Origin: Camelus dromedarius
Taxonomy: Eukaryota
Direction of reading: 5' to 3'
Assembly: GCF_036321535.1 (NCBI RefSeq)
Contig: NC_087438.1
Coordinates: 5,892,001 to 5,956,000, forward strand
DNA length: 64,000 nt
Below, piece by piece: positions 47,459 to 60,450 of the stretch. Both the position numbers and the translations under genes were made by a program. Numbering within the stretch: position 1 is the stretch's first letter; every line of letters begins with the position of its first letter. The notes beneath the pieces are model-generated. The model saw only the letters and a list, made by a program, of their open reading frames with translations, made no database searches and was not told the DNA's origin.

Positions 47459-49894
47459 ATCTGGTACAGGTTTTAATATATTCATTATATCCTGTTCCTC
47501 ACAGGTTTTTTGACCAAAGGGATACAAAGCTGCAAGAAAGCCAGCTAAGCAAAGATGCAGAAACTTAGCCTCCTAATGCATGTCTGCATTCTTCCCATCT
47601 CATGTCTCCTTATTCTTGGCTCCTCAAATTCACCTCTTGCTGAGCTCAACAACATTTTGCCTCAACTTATAAGTTAGACATTGAGATGCATTTGCTTTAC
47701 CTTAACCTATATGTATAATAGTAATTTAGATTTTTTTTTTCACTTGTAGAGTTTCTCTCTTCTGTCATCTTTTCATTGCACTTACTTTTTATTAGCTTTT
47801 CCCTGTGGCCATCAGTGTTACCCCTTTCCTGAGTCATGCCTTACCTGTTTTTCTAACCAAGAAGAGGCACATCTATATACTATGGAAACCATTCATTGAA
47901 TCCCAAGTCAAAAAGTGGGGATGGGAGGTGAGGGGATGTCAGAGTTTTTGAAGGCCAAGGATTATATCATGTACACTAATTGATGAAGTTAAGGGATATT
48001 GTTAGTCAATTAAAACAACCTATAAATTGGCTCAAAATTTCCCCAGGCTTCCCAAACTTCCAACAAGTCCAGTCATACCTGTAAGATCATTATAAGGGTC
48101 ATCAGTTTCTCCTCATTTCTCTTGATAAAGAGGATTTGTGTCTGCCAACAGTCGAACTCCCTTAAATATTCTTCACAAATCACTTTGGACTTGTCGTGCA
48201 CATGAAAAAATATTTTAAAAGATGTAAGAGGATTTCTTTCTTATCTTAGGAAAGACCACATTTAATGGGTTAAAGTTTGGAAATAATAAACATGCAAGAT
48301 GTGAAACAGCAGTTTTTCCTACTTTCCAGTCTTTGCTCCTTCTTTGTCATCTATTTTTTGCCCTGTCACAAAAATGGTGATCGAATGTTTCAAGTTCACC
48401 TCTTCTCTTTTTGTTAAAGTGAAGAGAAGTATGAGGAAGGCTGAGGACCTAGAAGACAATCCTCAGACGTATGATGGGCCTTTGGGTAGCCTATTTTTGT
48501 CTCTCTGGGTCTCTGCCTCACCACAGTTGCTCTTGTGAGCCTATCTGGTTCATTTATTCATATTCGCAAACATATACACACATACGTGAGCACACAAACA
48601 TTTCTCTTTTCCTTCTCTCTCCTCTTTCAGAGCTTAAATAACTTTTATCACCTGATTTGTATCTCAGTTTTAGATTTGTAAATTCTCAGACTTCAAGACA
48701 ATGGTATTTCTTTGCACAGAGAATGAGTTTGACGTCTTCATGACCGTGGAAAGGTATTATGCTAGTTTACCATGGTGATGAGAGTGGAGGAGAATAAGGG
48801 AGAGATTAAGGGGTGAATCAGGGCAAGACAGGGTAGAAAAGAAAAATAAATAATCTATGCTAGGATCGGTCATAAGCAGAGCAGATCTGGGGTAAAATAG
48901 AGAACCTTTCTATTTTCTGCCAGAATCATCACAGGGTGCATCAGTGGTTTGAAAGTGGCAGACGTGTGAGCAGTAGTCAGGGGAATGTTGTCCGTGATCT
49001 AACAGAAACCTTTAAAGATGCTGTGAGAAGCAGAAGGTGAAGAAACCGGAGCACTTGGAAAAGAGTTCATAGAGGAGGTGGGATGCAGTCTGATTCCTTA
49101 GAAGGAGGAGGAGGGGCAAGGGCCCTCTGGGCAGCTGCCCTGCATGTGGAAAGAATGGGGGTCCCTGGAGCAGTATGTGGTTAAGAAGTGGTGGAGATTG
49201 TGTGGGCCGGGGACCTCAGGTGCATGCCCTGCGAAGGTGGGGAAGGCGACTGGGGCTCACACACCCAACAGTCTTCAATAGGCAGAACTGCTCACCACCC
49301 TGGGAGAGAGAACTGAGGACAACAAGCCTTAAACATCAATGATGGGGCCAACCACAGGCCACTAGAATTTCAGAGGAGGAGGGAAATGGTCTAATGGACT
49401 GAGCTCCCTGTGAGGACAAAGGCAGCAAAGCCGAGAAGACCTTGCCGGTCAGAGTCCCCAGACTTCTCATTTCCCCTCGGAGAGAAGTGATCCAGCTCTC
49501 TCTTTGGGGGCACTTGAACAGAAAGCATGCAGTGACAGATCCCGAAATCCATATTGCCTGGAAATTGAAGAGAGGGGAGAAAGTGACAATTAGCTGAGCA
49601 AAGAGACAAGAGCAGAAAAAGCACCTGCCCGTGCCTGCAAGGTGGCAGCAGAAACAATAGCTTTGATGACAGAGACAGTGGCTGAGAGACCCTGCGTCAG
49701 GGCAGCGCTGAGACCCGCAGGGGCCCCGCCTGCATCATCTGTACAAATATTAACTCTCCAGCCTGCGATAGAAACTGCAGGAGCTAATAACATTTTATTT
49801 TATTACAAAATAAGAGCATACACAGGGACACTGAGAGAAAGCACACCAGGCAGTTATTAGAAATCCTCACAGCATTAGAGTCTCTTGTTTTGAA

Positions 49895-51468
49895 AACAGC
49901 TGCAAAACTGCAAGGCAAATACCTACAGGCTTCAAAGTAGAAATTAAATTTAAGGATCATCACATTCGATCATAAATAACACTATCTTCATATGAAGTTT
50001 CTGATGAATCTATTATAGATGAAGAAGATCATTTTAAAATGAATTGTCACGTTATTGAAGATACAGCGATCGCATAAACAGGTATTTCGAATTGTGTGCA
50101 AATCATGAATCTGCTTTTGGGCTCTTGTGCCTCATCCACAAGTTACAGGGAATGCCAGAGGAAATGTTAAAAACATGATCATGTAAATTTACATTTAAAG
50201 TTACATTGGTCCACACAAGAACCTGCACATGGATGTTTATAGCAGCTTTATTCATAATTGCTAAGGCTTGGAAGCAACCAAGATATCCTTCAGTAGATAA
50301 ATGGATAAATAAACTATGATACATTTAAACAATGGAATATTATTTACTGCTAAAAGGAAATGAGCTATGAAGCCATAAAAAGAATGTGGAAGGATTTTAA
50401 TGCTCATTACTAAGTGAAAGAAGCCAATCTGAAAAGGCTGCAAGATTCCAACTATACAACATTCTGGAAAAAGCAAAACTGTAGAGACAGTAAGAAGAGC
50501 AGTGCTTTCCAGAGGTTGAAGGAAGGAAGGGATGGAGGTGGGGGAAGGGAGATGGGGCACAGAGGATTTTTAGGGCAGCAACATGATTCTGTATGATACT
50601 ATAAGGGTGGATTTACATCATTATACATTTGTCCAAGCCCATAGACTATAGGACATTGAGAGTGAACCCTGACGTTAACTATTGATTCTGGGTGAATATA
50701 ATGTGTCAGTGTAGGTTCATGGACTGCAATAAATATACCACCCCGGCAGGGGCTGCAGGTAACAGGAGAATTGTGCATGGAGGGGTAAGGGTTATAGGAA
50801 AACTTTCTGCTCAATTTTGCCTTGAACCTAAAGCTGCTATAATATATAAAGTCTATTTTTTAAAATAGCAAAAAGAAATTTAAATTCAAACAAAAAGTTC
50901 ATAATATTAAAAAAAATTTTCCACAAGATTCTACAGATGTACTAAAATTTATATTTCAACGTAATTTATCAGAAATGTATCTTCAGGTTTTCACAGCCTA
51001 TATAATAATCTTCAGTAATGGTTGCGTCCACAAAAAGATTCTACTTAAAATTAATAATGATCAAAAATCATTTGTGATCTTACGTATGACAAGAGCAAGT
51101 GATGTTGCTGTCAATTATATCAACTGAAAATAAGTTGCTTTGGATACTCATTTTGATGACCTACTAAAGGAATTTTCAGAAAAGTAAGCCATAGAAATCT
51201 TACGCCCAATCAAGATACCACGTTAATAAAGGACTATTATTATTAATTTATTATATAAAATTATTATAGCAGAATTTTTTGCAATTTATACGTTGCTCAT
51301 GTATAAAATTAATCCTATTAAATTGTATTAATAAGTTGTATTAATAAAATATTTCTAAATAAAAAGCCTCCATATTTTAGTGCCTTTAAGTGACTTTTTT
51401 CTGGTTTTTTGGACAAGGGACCTCACATTTGATTTTTGCAGAGTGCACAAATTATGTAGGTGGTTTCA
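49895..51468 (+). mobile_element. hAT-Tip100 DNA transposon (MER45R-like), 3' portion with transposase relic
   Basis: ~50966-51195 translates to LSEMYLQVFTAY../VASTKRFYLKLIMIKNHL*SYV*QEQVMLLSIISTENK../FDDLLKEFSEK, a hAT C-terminal dimerisation domain (cf. VASAERSFSKLKLIK.YLRS...QERL..L..ISIE). The 3' end 'ggacaagggacctcacatttgatttttgca...caaattatgtag' matches the MER45 terminus. Confidence 0.75.
50204..50878 (+). mobile_element. L1MC1-like 3' end inserted in the hAT element
   Basis: 'gtccacacaagaacctgcacatggatgtttatagcagc...ctaagtgaaagaagccaatctgaaaaggct...gaacctaaagctgct'. Confidence 0.85.
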
Positions 51469-54400
51469 CTCATAAATGTACTAAATCCATGGAATATATT
51501 TATTTGTTTGTCTCGTATTTTCTTTTCTTCTTGGAGGTAGTTTAAGCTGCTCAGCTTCCTCCGCATCACGAATGTATCCCGGCTGAATCTCTCTTTCAGA
51601 TTAATTACTCTGGATGAATTGCACGGGCTTGTAGGGTAAACAGGTCTAATGATTTGCAAACGTCCTCCAGACTACTGGGTGCTGTGCTGTTTCTCATGGA
51701 AACTGTCACTATTGAATTTATTTGTTCATATTTGTGAGCTTTCCTCCCTCCCAGTGAATTGAGGCTCTCGAAGCCCATCAGCACGAGGTGCTGTCGCCGG
51801 AATCTCAGTTTAAACAGGAGCCGGCAAAGCAGCGGGAGCGCTGGTCCTTCGGAAGCCGACCCCAGGGCTGGTTCTCGGGCACTGCAGATGAGTGTGCCTC
51901 TGGGTCCGGGGGCCCAGAATCCAATGGCTTCCTTCAACACTGCTTGGATCCTAGCTGTCCCCTGGCCTGCAGCAGATGTCAACCATGTGATACTAATGAT
52001 GTGTCACACCAGGCCCCCACAAGCCTGAGGACATAGCACCACTGTCCCTTCGATCTGTGACAGGGTGCTGCGGGCCTGGCCAGCAGCAGGGCTGTTCTAG
52101 GGGAGCCGGGGAGAAAGTATATGGAGAAGGTTCCACAACCAACCTTCCAGGCTGTGAGTTAACAGGAATTCGGATCAATTACTATTGTTACTGTTTTAGG
52201 AGAAGGGGAGAGATGCTCTGCCATGTGGTATAGGATGGGGGCAATCTCTGACTCTAAACTATATTGTTAAGAAGAGGAAGGAAGTGGTACTGAGTGGCTT
52301 GGGGGAGATCTGAGTCTCTCCACAATCTCATCTTCAATCCCAACCCACGACATGCCAAATAAAACTACAATATGAGAAATGTAAAAAGCAGAGGATGTTT
52401 CCAGATGAGCCCCTGGCCCCTGCTTGCATCCAGGTTGCCTCTCTAAGCTCTTCCTATACAGAAATTCTTGAACGTCCTTCACAGAGATTCTAGATCCTCA
52501 CCTGGGGAAGAGGGCTGGAGTCAGGCATGGGAGCAGACAGTGCCTTCCCGGGAGAAGTGTGGGTCCCTGGTGCTCTGTGATGTGGAAGGTCCTAGGGCCA
52601 GGTCCCAAGGAGGAAATGAGCTCACAGCATGGTGACCTGGTGCCTCTTCGGCAGGCCAACAGAGAGGGAGGTCTCGACATAACTGTACAGTGTTTCCCCA
52701 GGGTGAGGCTGATCTTTCTCCCAGACATGATCTGGCAGCCTGCTCACAGCTTTCTCTAAAGACTTAACTGCCACTCTGTTCTCTGCTTTGGATGATTAAC
52801 TTCATATTTAGCTAAGAAGTGGCAATGCCTTTCTTTGACTACACACCATACAGCATTTATTTGTAGAAAATCTCTCAAATCATTCCTTATCTCTCTTTGC
52901 TTTGATTTATGACATACGAGGTATAACAATATCTTTCACTCAGTTCTCTAAACTGATACGGAGTTTCTCTGTTAAGGAGTAAGTTAAAGGCTCGGTTTTC
53001 AGGAGAAAGTTTATTAGATGTGATCTAAGCAGAGGTGAATTGCTGGGGGACCGGTGTTCTTCCTGTGAAGGACGCATGTGCTGTGAGCCTGTAACCACCT
53101 CTTCAGCATCCTGCCAGGGTCGGGATGTAGAGGAGTGACTCCTCTGATTGGTCAGTTCATTTCGGGAAAGGACCCACACATGCTCAGTTGGGCTCTGTCT
53201 CTGCCTTGGGAAAAAGCCAGCTGAGGCCACTGCTGTCCAGTGTTGAGACTGGATGGGAACATCTGTCTAATTCTGCAATTCAATGATCTCTCACATAAAT
53301 CAAATCCTCCAATTTAGCCTTTATCAATAAACAGGTTATAATTTAACCACTATCTTGATTTAAAAAAAAAATTTATCAACTCGTGGGGAAGGAGGCAGTA
53401 GAGGATTTTTATTTATTGCAGGCTGTGGGATAATCCAATGTGTGCTTTTTGGTTAATATAGTCAGTTGAATCCTACAACCCATTTACCACTGAACAGTAC
53501 AGTTGTCTCTACTGGGTAAAGATTAATTTGAGCTACAATTGCTCAGTTTTTCTCAGAACTATTTACATGAGACACATAATTTACACACATCCCGAGAATC
53601 TCCTAAGGATGCTTCTAAGGCTGGTTAATGTTTGAAGATGAAGCACGAGATAGTGATTATTTGCAGACAATTCAATTATGAAGAATGTACGCATCTGGGC
53701 AGTGTTGCCTCTGGGTCCTTCCTGCTTCCAGGGTTTCTGGCCGAAATCTAAGATGAAGGACCTGCCATTGGTGAACTGGTAATTGCTGGGTTCAAGTGCG
53801 TGTGGTGACCCACACATCATCCCTACAGAAAATTGATCTGCTACTTTGAGATCCTCATTACTGCATTTAGTTAATCCCAGTATTTCAGAATTAATCTGTG
53901 CTTCATCTAAATGCAAAATATATGATAATTCTGCAGATGAGCAGGAAGCTAAGAGGAAAAAAACAACAACGACCCTGAGGAAGGATGGGCCACGAGTCAA
54001 GGTTTTGATGCATTGTGGGGCAGTCTAGGCAGTCATGTCGTGACCAATGGATCCCTTGCTGCGCTGGGACACTGCTTTTACTCTGAAGATGTAGTTGCTA
54101 TGTTGTCAGCAAAATCATTCTAAATTTAGCGCAGAAGGGACATTCACAAGGTGCTCTTGGATTTTGGGGACTCGTGTGTGTGAAAACACTCACCTCTGAG
54201 ACTGAAACAAGTAGAATTCTATGCTTGTGCAGGAGATGAGCTGAAGGCAGGATAAACTTCGCCTCTCTGAACCCATCCGTGCTCCCGGGAGAGGAGGGAA
54301 GCTGGAGGTTATTTTACACCTTGTCTTCCCTCGGGAGCTCTCTGTAATTGGGCAGATGAGTGTGAGAACTGACAATTAATGATTCTTAAATGTAAGAAGA

Positions 54401-54699
54401 TTATTTATCCAAATAGAAGTGCGAGTTTTTAACTTAGTTTATAAGTTTATATAATAACTGCATTAAACTACAAACTCCTGAATATCTTTATTTCTTTTCA
54501 TCTCTGGAATGAATGGGGAAGGGTGCGCATGACAATGGCCATGTGGCTTAAAAGGGGAAGGTTGATAGTGATTATTCAAATACAATCTGCTTTACCGCTG
54601 CACCTCACTGTATTAAGTATTCATGGGAAGACAAATTGTGTGAACATTCATGCACATTCTAATGCCGGATAATTCAGAAATGGCCTTTACCCTTTTTTA

Positions 54700-55290
54700 T
54701 TCTCTGTCTCACAAGCCCTTTTGAGTTTACTTTCTGCATATTTCCTGTCTGTGTTAACTTCTCTCCAGCACCACCATCATCAGCTTGGTCCAAATCATCA
54801 TCAGCTCTCACCTGAATGAACGCAATTTTCCCCCAACTATTCTTCCCGTCCCCATGTTGACACCCCTCCAAGTAATATTCCATACAGCAACCCTAATAAC
54901 ATTAAAAAGAAAATCCACAATAAGAATAAATCAATCCAATCTGTTGCTCTCTTATTTCTATGAAGTGGCTTCTTCAGAAAATAAAATTCAAAGTCATTTA
55001 CATCATCTAATTGGCCCTGTTAACGACATTGATCTACTGTTTCAGCTTCATCTCCCACCACTCAGTTACTTTCTCACTATACCCCATGTGTATCTATATC
55101 TTCTATTTTCTGAAAATCCAACATGACCTCCCATCCCCCAGTATCTTCATACCTGCCCTCTACCTGGGCTGTTCCTCTGCTGTGCTTCACTGAACTGACC
55201 CCTACTCAGCCTTCCTTCTTCAACTTCATGTATCTTCCCACCCTTGAATTCTCCCAGGCCATTATTAAGTCTGATGAAATGAGTTATTTT
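54700..55290 (+). mobile_element. L2 fragment
   Basis: 'cttctctccagcaccaccatc...ggtccaaatcatcatcagctctcacctg...attccatacagca'. Confidence 0.6.
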
Positions 55291-56684
55291 CATTTTGCAA
55301 AGTACATTATGATTTTAAATACGTTGTGTGACTCCATGTTTCACATCTGTTTTGCTTTTATGCCATAAGTTTTATGTAACGTGAAAAGGAGTGGGAAGAG
55401 AAACCACAGCAGCCTTGTTGATGGAATACTTGAAAAGGCATGGAATAGACTGCATTCCCAAGATGCTGTCCAAGTGATGATGAAGCATTGGCCAGTCAAC
55501 ACCGTGAGGAGCCTCTTTCTTTCCCAGTGATTTTCCAACTTCCCATGAGGCATTCTGTCACCCTTCCAGAGCCTAGCATAAGCCGACAGAGTCAGGAATC
55601 TACTTAAACTGGAAAAGAGTGACTCTGTTGAGTAACGCCTAACTCCATTCCAGAAAACAAGAATTGTCTTTTCAGTTTTGCTAGTAACATTCTCTGTGGT
55701 CCCAAGCAAAGTACTAAGTATTTCTAAGCACAGCTTCATCCTTTCAGCAAAATGCTGACTTGGCTCCTTAGGGAAATAAAATATTGTAGTACATTTCAGA
55801 TGTTTAAGAAATGGTATTGAAATGTTAAGCAATTACTTTCTTATGATGTAATATTGATCACAATCCAGCTATCTTACTGACCCAACAACATATTAATTAT
55901 TGATGGAAATTGTCTGCCTGATTCTAATTTAATTAAACATTGCTGTCATCACCCTTATGATAAGTTGCATTTATCACCAGGACGGTTCACTGCTAGGCAG
56001 TTTGAACACTCTGCCCAGTGTTGCTCTGTGAGTGGGTTGCTCTGTAGCTAAAACCATGCCTGAGAATGCTGGACTTGATCCTAGCAGGATATAAACAACA
56101 CACTCTAATGTCTCAGTAGATTTCCCCTAAGATGTGACGTGTACAGTAAAGCATTTAAACTGTTAAAGGGACTTCTTCCAAATACATCAAGGGGTGGGAG
56201 GAAATTTGGCTAAAGAAAGAGCTTCTGCTTTCCCAAATTTCTAAAGGTATACAGTTCTTCTTGGTTTAAGAGAGTGCCATTACTTTGCAAAGCAAACTGT
56301 AAGCTAAGTGGATTCATATTACATAAACTGAACCACCTGATTTTGTTTGTATTGTCTTATGTATCCAAGTTTGTTAACAGAAAATACAGTGCCAGAAAGT
56401 CTTCGCTATCATATAAGAAAGCAAGAAAATCTACCACAAGCAAGATGGCAGATGTTAGACTCACTGTAGTGAGACCGCTTTCCTCCATTTTCCTCGATTT
56501 GTGTTAAACACTCCCTGATAGTCTTCATGAAGGCCATCACTCCCATCTAACAGTCCTTCAAAGCTTTTTAAGTTTTATTAACACTCTTTCCAACTTAGCT
56601 CCGATTTCTGCATGCTGCTGGACTCCACCACCAATCCCACATTTTAAGATTTCTTTTATTACAGCACTTCATTTGTCCCCAGAT

Positions 56685-57207
56685 CTATATTAGTTCCCTA
56701 TTTTTGTGTAACAAGCCACCCAAAATTTGTATTAAAGCAACGATCATTTGTTATCACCCATGGTTTCTGTTGGTCAAAATTTCAGGAGAAGCTTGGTAGG
56801 GAAATTCTGACTTGAAGTCTTTGTTAAGCTCCATCAGATGCTGGCTGGGGTTAAAGTTACCTGAAGGCTTGACTGGGGCTGGGTATCTTCTTTCAAGGTG
56901 TTTCCTTGGCATTTCTATGAAATAGCTTTTGGCTCTTGGTTGGAGCCCTCCATTCTTCTCCACATGGGCCACTCCACAAGGCTGTTGGAGTGTCCCTACA
57001 GAACAGTGTCTGGTTTACTCCAGAGAAAGTGATTTGAGAGAGCAGGGGGGAAGATGTCTTGCTTTTAATCACCTAGACATAACTTCCACAAACTTAATTG
57101 ATCACACAGGGTCAGCTCTGACTCAGTGGGAGGATGGCTTGCACAGTGGCATGTGGACCACATTAAAGAAGTGAGGACCACTGGACATCTTGCAGGCTAT
57201 CTACTAC
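56685..57207 (-). mobile_element. MaLR LTR (MLT1F-like)
   Basis: 'tgtaacaagccacccaaaatt', 'ctgaaggcttgactggggctgg', 'ctccacatgggccactccacaaggctg', 'catcttgcaggcta'. Confidence 0.75.
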
Positions 57208-57459
57208 TGCTGTCAGTCATGATTCTAGACGTTTAGCAGAGTTCAACGTGACCCATGAAGAAGCAAGTCATGAGAACAAAACCATTTGTGTGCTGGGCAC
57301 TGTTGCTCAGAAGAATATGGTCAGACTCTAGATTTTGTGGGTGATTCAAATGAGGAAGCAAAGGATGGTCCAAAATCAGGTTATCAGGTTAGGATGCACA
57401 TGTCTATGTGTCTATGCTTTTAGTGTTTTTTAATGTGAAATATGAAATTAAAAAATAAT

Positions 57460-57950
57460 ATTTTATATTGAAATAATGTCAGGTTTATAGAAAAGTTGTA
57501 AAGATAGTACAGAGTTCCCATATATCTTCCACTCAATTTTCTATAATGTTAACATCTTTAAAAAAATTTTTTTTAATTCTTTATTTTTTAATTGAAGTAT
57601 AGTCAGTTTACAATGTCTTAGTTTCTGGAGTACAGCATAATGCTTTAGTCACACACACACACACACACACACATATTCCTTTCATAGTCTTTTTCATCAT
57701 AGGTTAGTACAAGATACTGAATAGCGTCCCCTGTGCTGTATAGTAGAAACTTGTTGTTTATCTATTTTATATCTAGTATTTAGTATCTACAGGTCTTATA
57801 TAACCATGGTGCATTTGCCAAAACTAAAACATTAACTTGGGTGCATTGCTATGGATTAAACTCCAGACTTAGGCTGGATTTCACCAGTTTTTCCGCTGAT
57901 GCCCTTTTTCTGTTCCACGATTCAACCTAGGAAACCATATTACTTTCAGC
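57460..57950 (-). mobile_element. L1MC/MD 3' end containing a nested younger L1 3' end (~57560-57792)
   Basis: The old element 'gaaaagttgtaaagatagtacagagttccc...aatgttaacatctt' resumes as 'tataaccatggtgcatttg'. The insert 'attgaagtatagtcagtttacaatg...tagtagaaacttgttgtttatc' carries a (CA)12 repeat at 57650-57673. Confidence 0.8.
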
Positions 57951-57999
57951 GAGTGTTAAGTGGAATGTCTCCCTCTTGAACCACAACATTTCATGTTTC

Positions 58000-59260
58000 C
58001 AGCTCTCCTTCTCCCTCTCTCCTGCTGCAATCATTTCAAAACTTAGTGCTCTGTCCAGTCCCTGCCTCTTTCCTTTCTCCAGTCAGGCTCCACTTGGCTT
58101 TACTTAATTCTCTGTGTATCTGGACCACATGTTCCACTACACTGGTGTCGTTCAGGTGTCACAGTATCACCCCTCTGCCCTCCATGGGTTTTCAGTACGC
58201 ATCAACAGAAAACACCGTTTCTGGATAAGTCAGTCTCCAAATCTGCCCCCAACCCATTCTCAGTATCTGAGCACTCTTGGAGAATACATTCTTGCAGACT
58301 AGGACCGCTGAAAGTTCACAGTGTCTGAGCACCGAGTTTCCACAGTGCTCCCTGGCAGCGCTCCTGAATTGCCCTCATCACCTTCCTCTACATTCCCTAT
58401 TTAAAACCATCCTAAGAGTCAGTCACTGCTTTACACTTTGTGTGCTGTTACACATACCGCCAACTCCATTCAGAAAACTTTCTCTCCGACTGCAATAAGG
58501 AAATGCAGAGATTATCAAGAATGTACCAAATTTCTTCCATAGCTGGGCCTACACCAATTAATTCCACATTTTCTGGCACCTGCTCTCATCATTCCTTACC
58601 CCCTGCTCAGTGGAGGAGGCTCTGCCTTTGACCATGGACTGTCATCCACATTATGCTTATGATGTACACTCTTGCTCCTTTGAAACCTCGCCCCATTAAT
58701 CAACCTGACTCTGCATCAGTCTTTAACCTCTTCCTACTGCTTTTCTGCTTCCTCCTGCCCATGGTTCACGTACACATCCTGCCTTAGAAAAACTTTTTCT
58801 GAGAACTTACTTCGTCCTTTGCCTACCGACCCAGAGCCTTTTCTTCAGTTTTCAGGTGCTGTGCTGGGACCTACGCACATCATCTTGGCTTCACTTTTAA
58901 TCACGCGCTCCTCAGTCGTGAAGGAAGAGCACACGTCCCATTACTCCACGAAGCTCACCTGGACGAGGACACTAGAACCAGTAGACGGTCAAATGTCACC
59001 GCGTTGCATCGCTCATTTTTCCTGAGCCCACCGCAGGATTGCACCTAATGACCTAATCTTCCTTCCAAGACAATTTTGTCCCTTAGCATCCAGATGACAA
59101 AGACTCTATTCCTTCCTAATCTTATGTTGTTTTTTTCTTTTTCTCCCATGAATTCACTTTCTCAATCTCTTCTGCAGTCTCATCTTGTTCCCTCTTTAAT
59201 ACTGGGGTTTCATCCTGGCTCCCTTTTCGCTATCCTCTCTTTATGGTTAGAGGAACAATA
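58000..59260 (+). mobile_element. Highly diverged L2 internal fragments
   Basis: C/T-rich L2 ORF2-like stretches ('ctcgccccattaatc...tctttaacctcttcctactg', 'tcccttagcatccagatgac'). Confidence 0.5.
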
Positions 59261-59564
59261 ACACCAGCGCCTCCTATAAACCACCACCCTGCTGGCTCTA
59301 GGCTGGAATATGCTACGCTTAGGTTTCTTCATCCTTAATTTATTTTTAGAGCATGGATATTCAAATAATTTTAAAACCTTATTTTTCTGAAAACATGTGT
59401 GAAGACTAGTGAACAAATATTAAAATATTTGAATTTTAAATAATTAAAATTTATTAAAAGAAAATTTAAATGTATTAAATATTACATTTTCTTTAAACTG
59501 GTTAATTACAGTATGATATTATTTGAATGCTATTTCTGAAAGATGCATATGGGGTAAAATTTTA

Positions 59565-59653
59565 TTTTATTTTCTTTTGTTTTTTAAAGACCAGCTTATC
59601 TTATTTATTATTTATTTATTTATTATTTGGTGGGGGTAATTGGGTTGGTTGGT

Positions 59654-59684
<31 letters not shown>

Positions 59685-59812
59685 TTTTTTGTGGGGGAGG
59701 TAATCGGGTTTATTTATTTTTAAATTTTTTTTAATGGCGGTGCTGGGGATTGAACCCAGGACATCATTCTTGCTAGGCACGTGCTCTACCACTGAGCTAC
59801 CCCTTCCCCCCC
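59565..59812 (-). mobile_element. Camelid-type tRNA-derived SINE (Vic-1-like)
   Basis: Minus strand: GGGG..GTAGCTCAGTGGTAGAGCACGTGCCTAGCA (A box), GGTTCAATCC (B box), then CCAGCACCGCCATTAAAAA and the tail AAATAAACCCGATTACCTCCCCC. Candidate TSD AAATTTTA at 59557-59564 and 59813-59820. Confidence 0.85.
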
Positions 59813-60026
59813 AAATTTTAAATACTTGTCATTTGTTTTTTTTTTTTCATTTTCATTCTTTCCTCATCAAAGTCTCAGATATTTATTCCTAATTATGTCC
59901 TTCCCAGTGACATTGCAAACCTTGGAAATATCATTAAAGTCATACTCAAGGTTTATATTTTCCATGTAATACTTATGCCAGAAATTTTAGTATTGGCATA
60001 AGTTAACACTCAAAAAAGTTAGCCAT

Positions 60027-60450
60027 TGTATTAGTCAACTTTTTTCTGTGTAAGAAACAATCACAAACTTTCAGTAGTTTACAAGGGTCCTGGGTCTGCA
60101 GGGAAGCTGTGGTTAAGCTGATCTGGGCTGAGCTCAGCTTGGTCATACGTTCCAGACCCCCAGAAAGTTTCAGGTATGCCCTCCACCTCTTCATGTGGGA
60201 ACGCAGGCTGAATAGAGCAGGGGCCACCAGAGGCACGAGAGCCAAGCCAAATTTCACAAGTACATTTCGGCTTCTGTTGGATCAAGTCCAGTAACATTCC
60301 CTTGGCTGATGCAAGTCACACGAGCCCAGCACCAGTTGGGCGGAGAGATAGACTCCACCCCAGGGAAAGGCTTTACACTGTTCCTTCCACGTATGATCCT
60401 CTATAGTGAGACAGTGAAGAGTAAAAGCAAGTAATCAGTCCTGTCTGCCG
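60027..60450 (-). mobile_element. MaLR LTR (MLT1I/J-like)
   Basis: 'tgtattagtca', 'caggctgaatagagcagggg', 'taacattcccttggctgatgcaagtcaca'. Confidence 0.65.

Noticed and set aside
53581..54000. 139-aa ORF with a signal-peptide-like N-terminus (FLRVVVVFFLLASCSSA)
   Set aside because: Starts at TTG. The hydrophobic stretch comes from a low-complexity (GTT)n/T-run. No recognisable family, promoter or convincing splice context.
55341..55832. Longest ORF in the track (163 aa)
   Set aside because: TTG start, no recognisable homology or coding-like composition; length compatible with chance in 64 kb.
59735..59812. tRNA gene
   Set aside because: A and B boxes are present, but the arms are degenerate and it has a SINE tail and TSD, so it is a SINE head.
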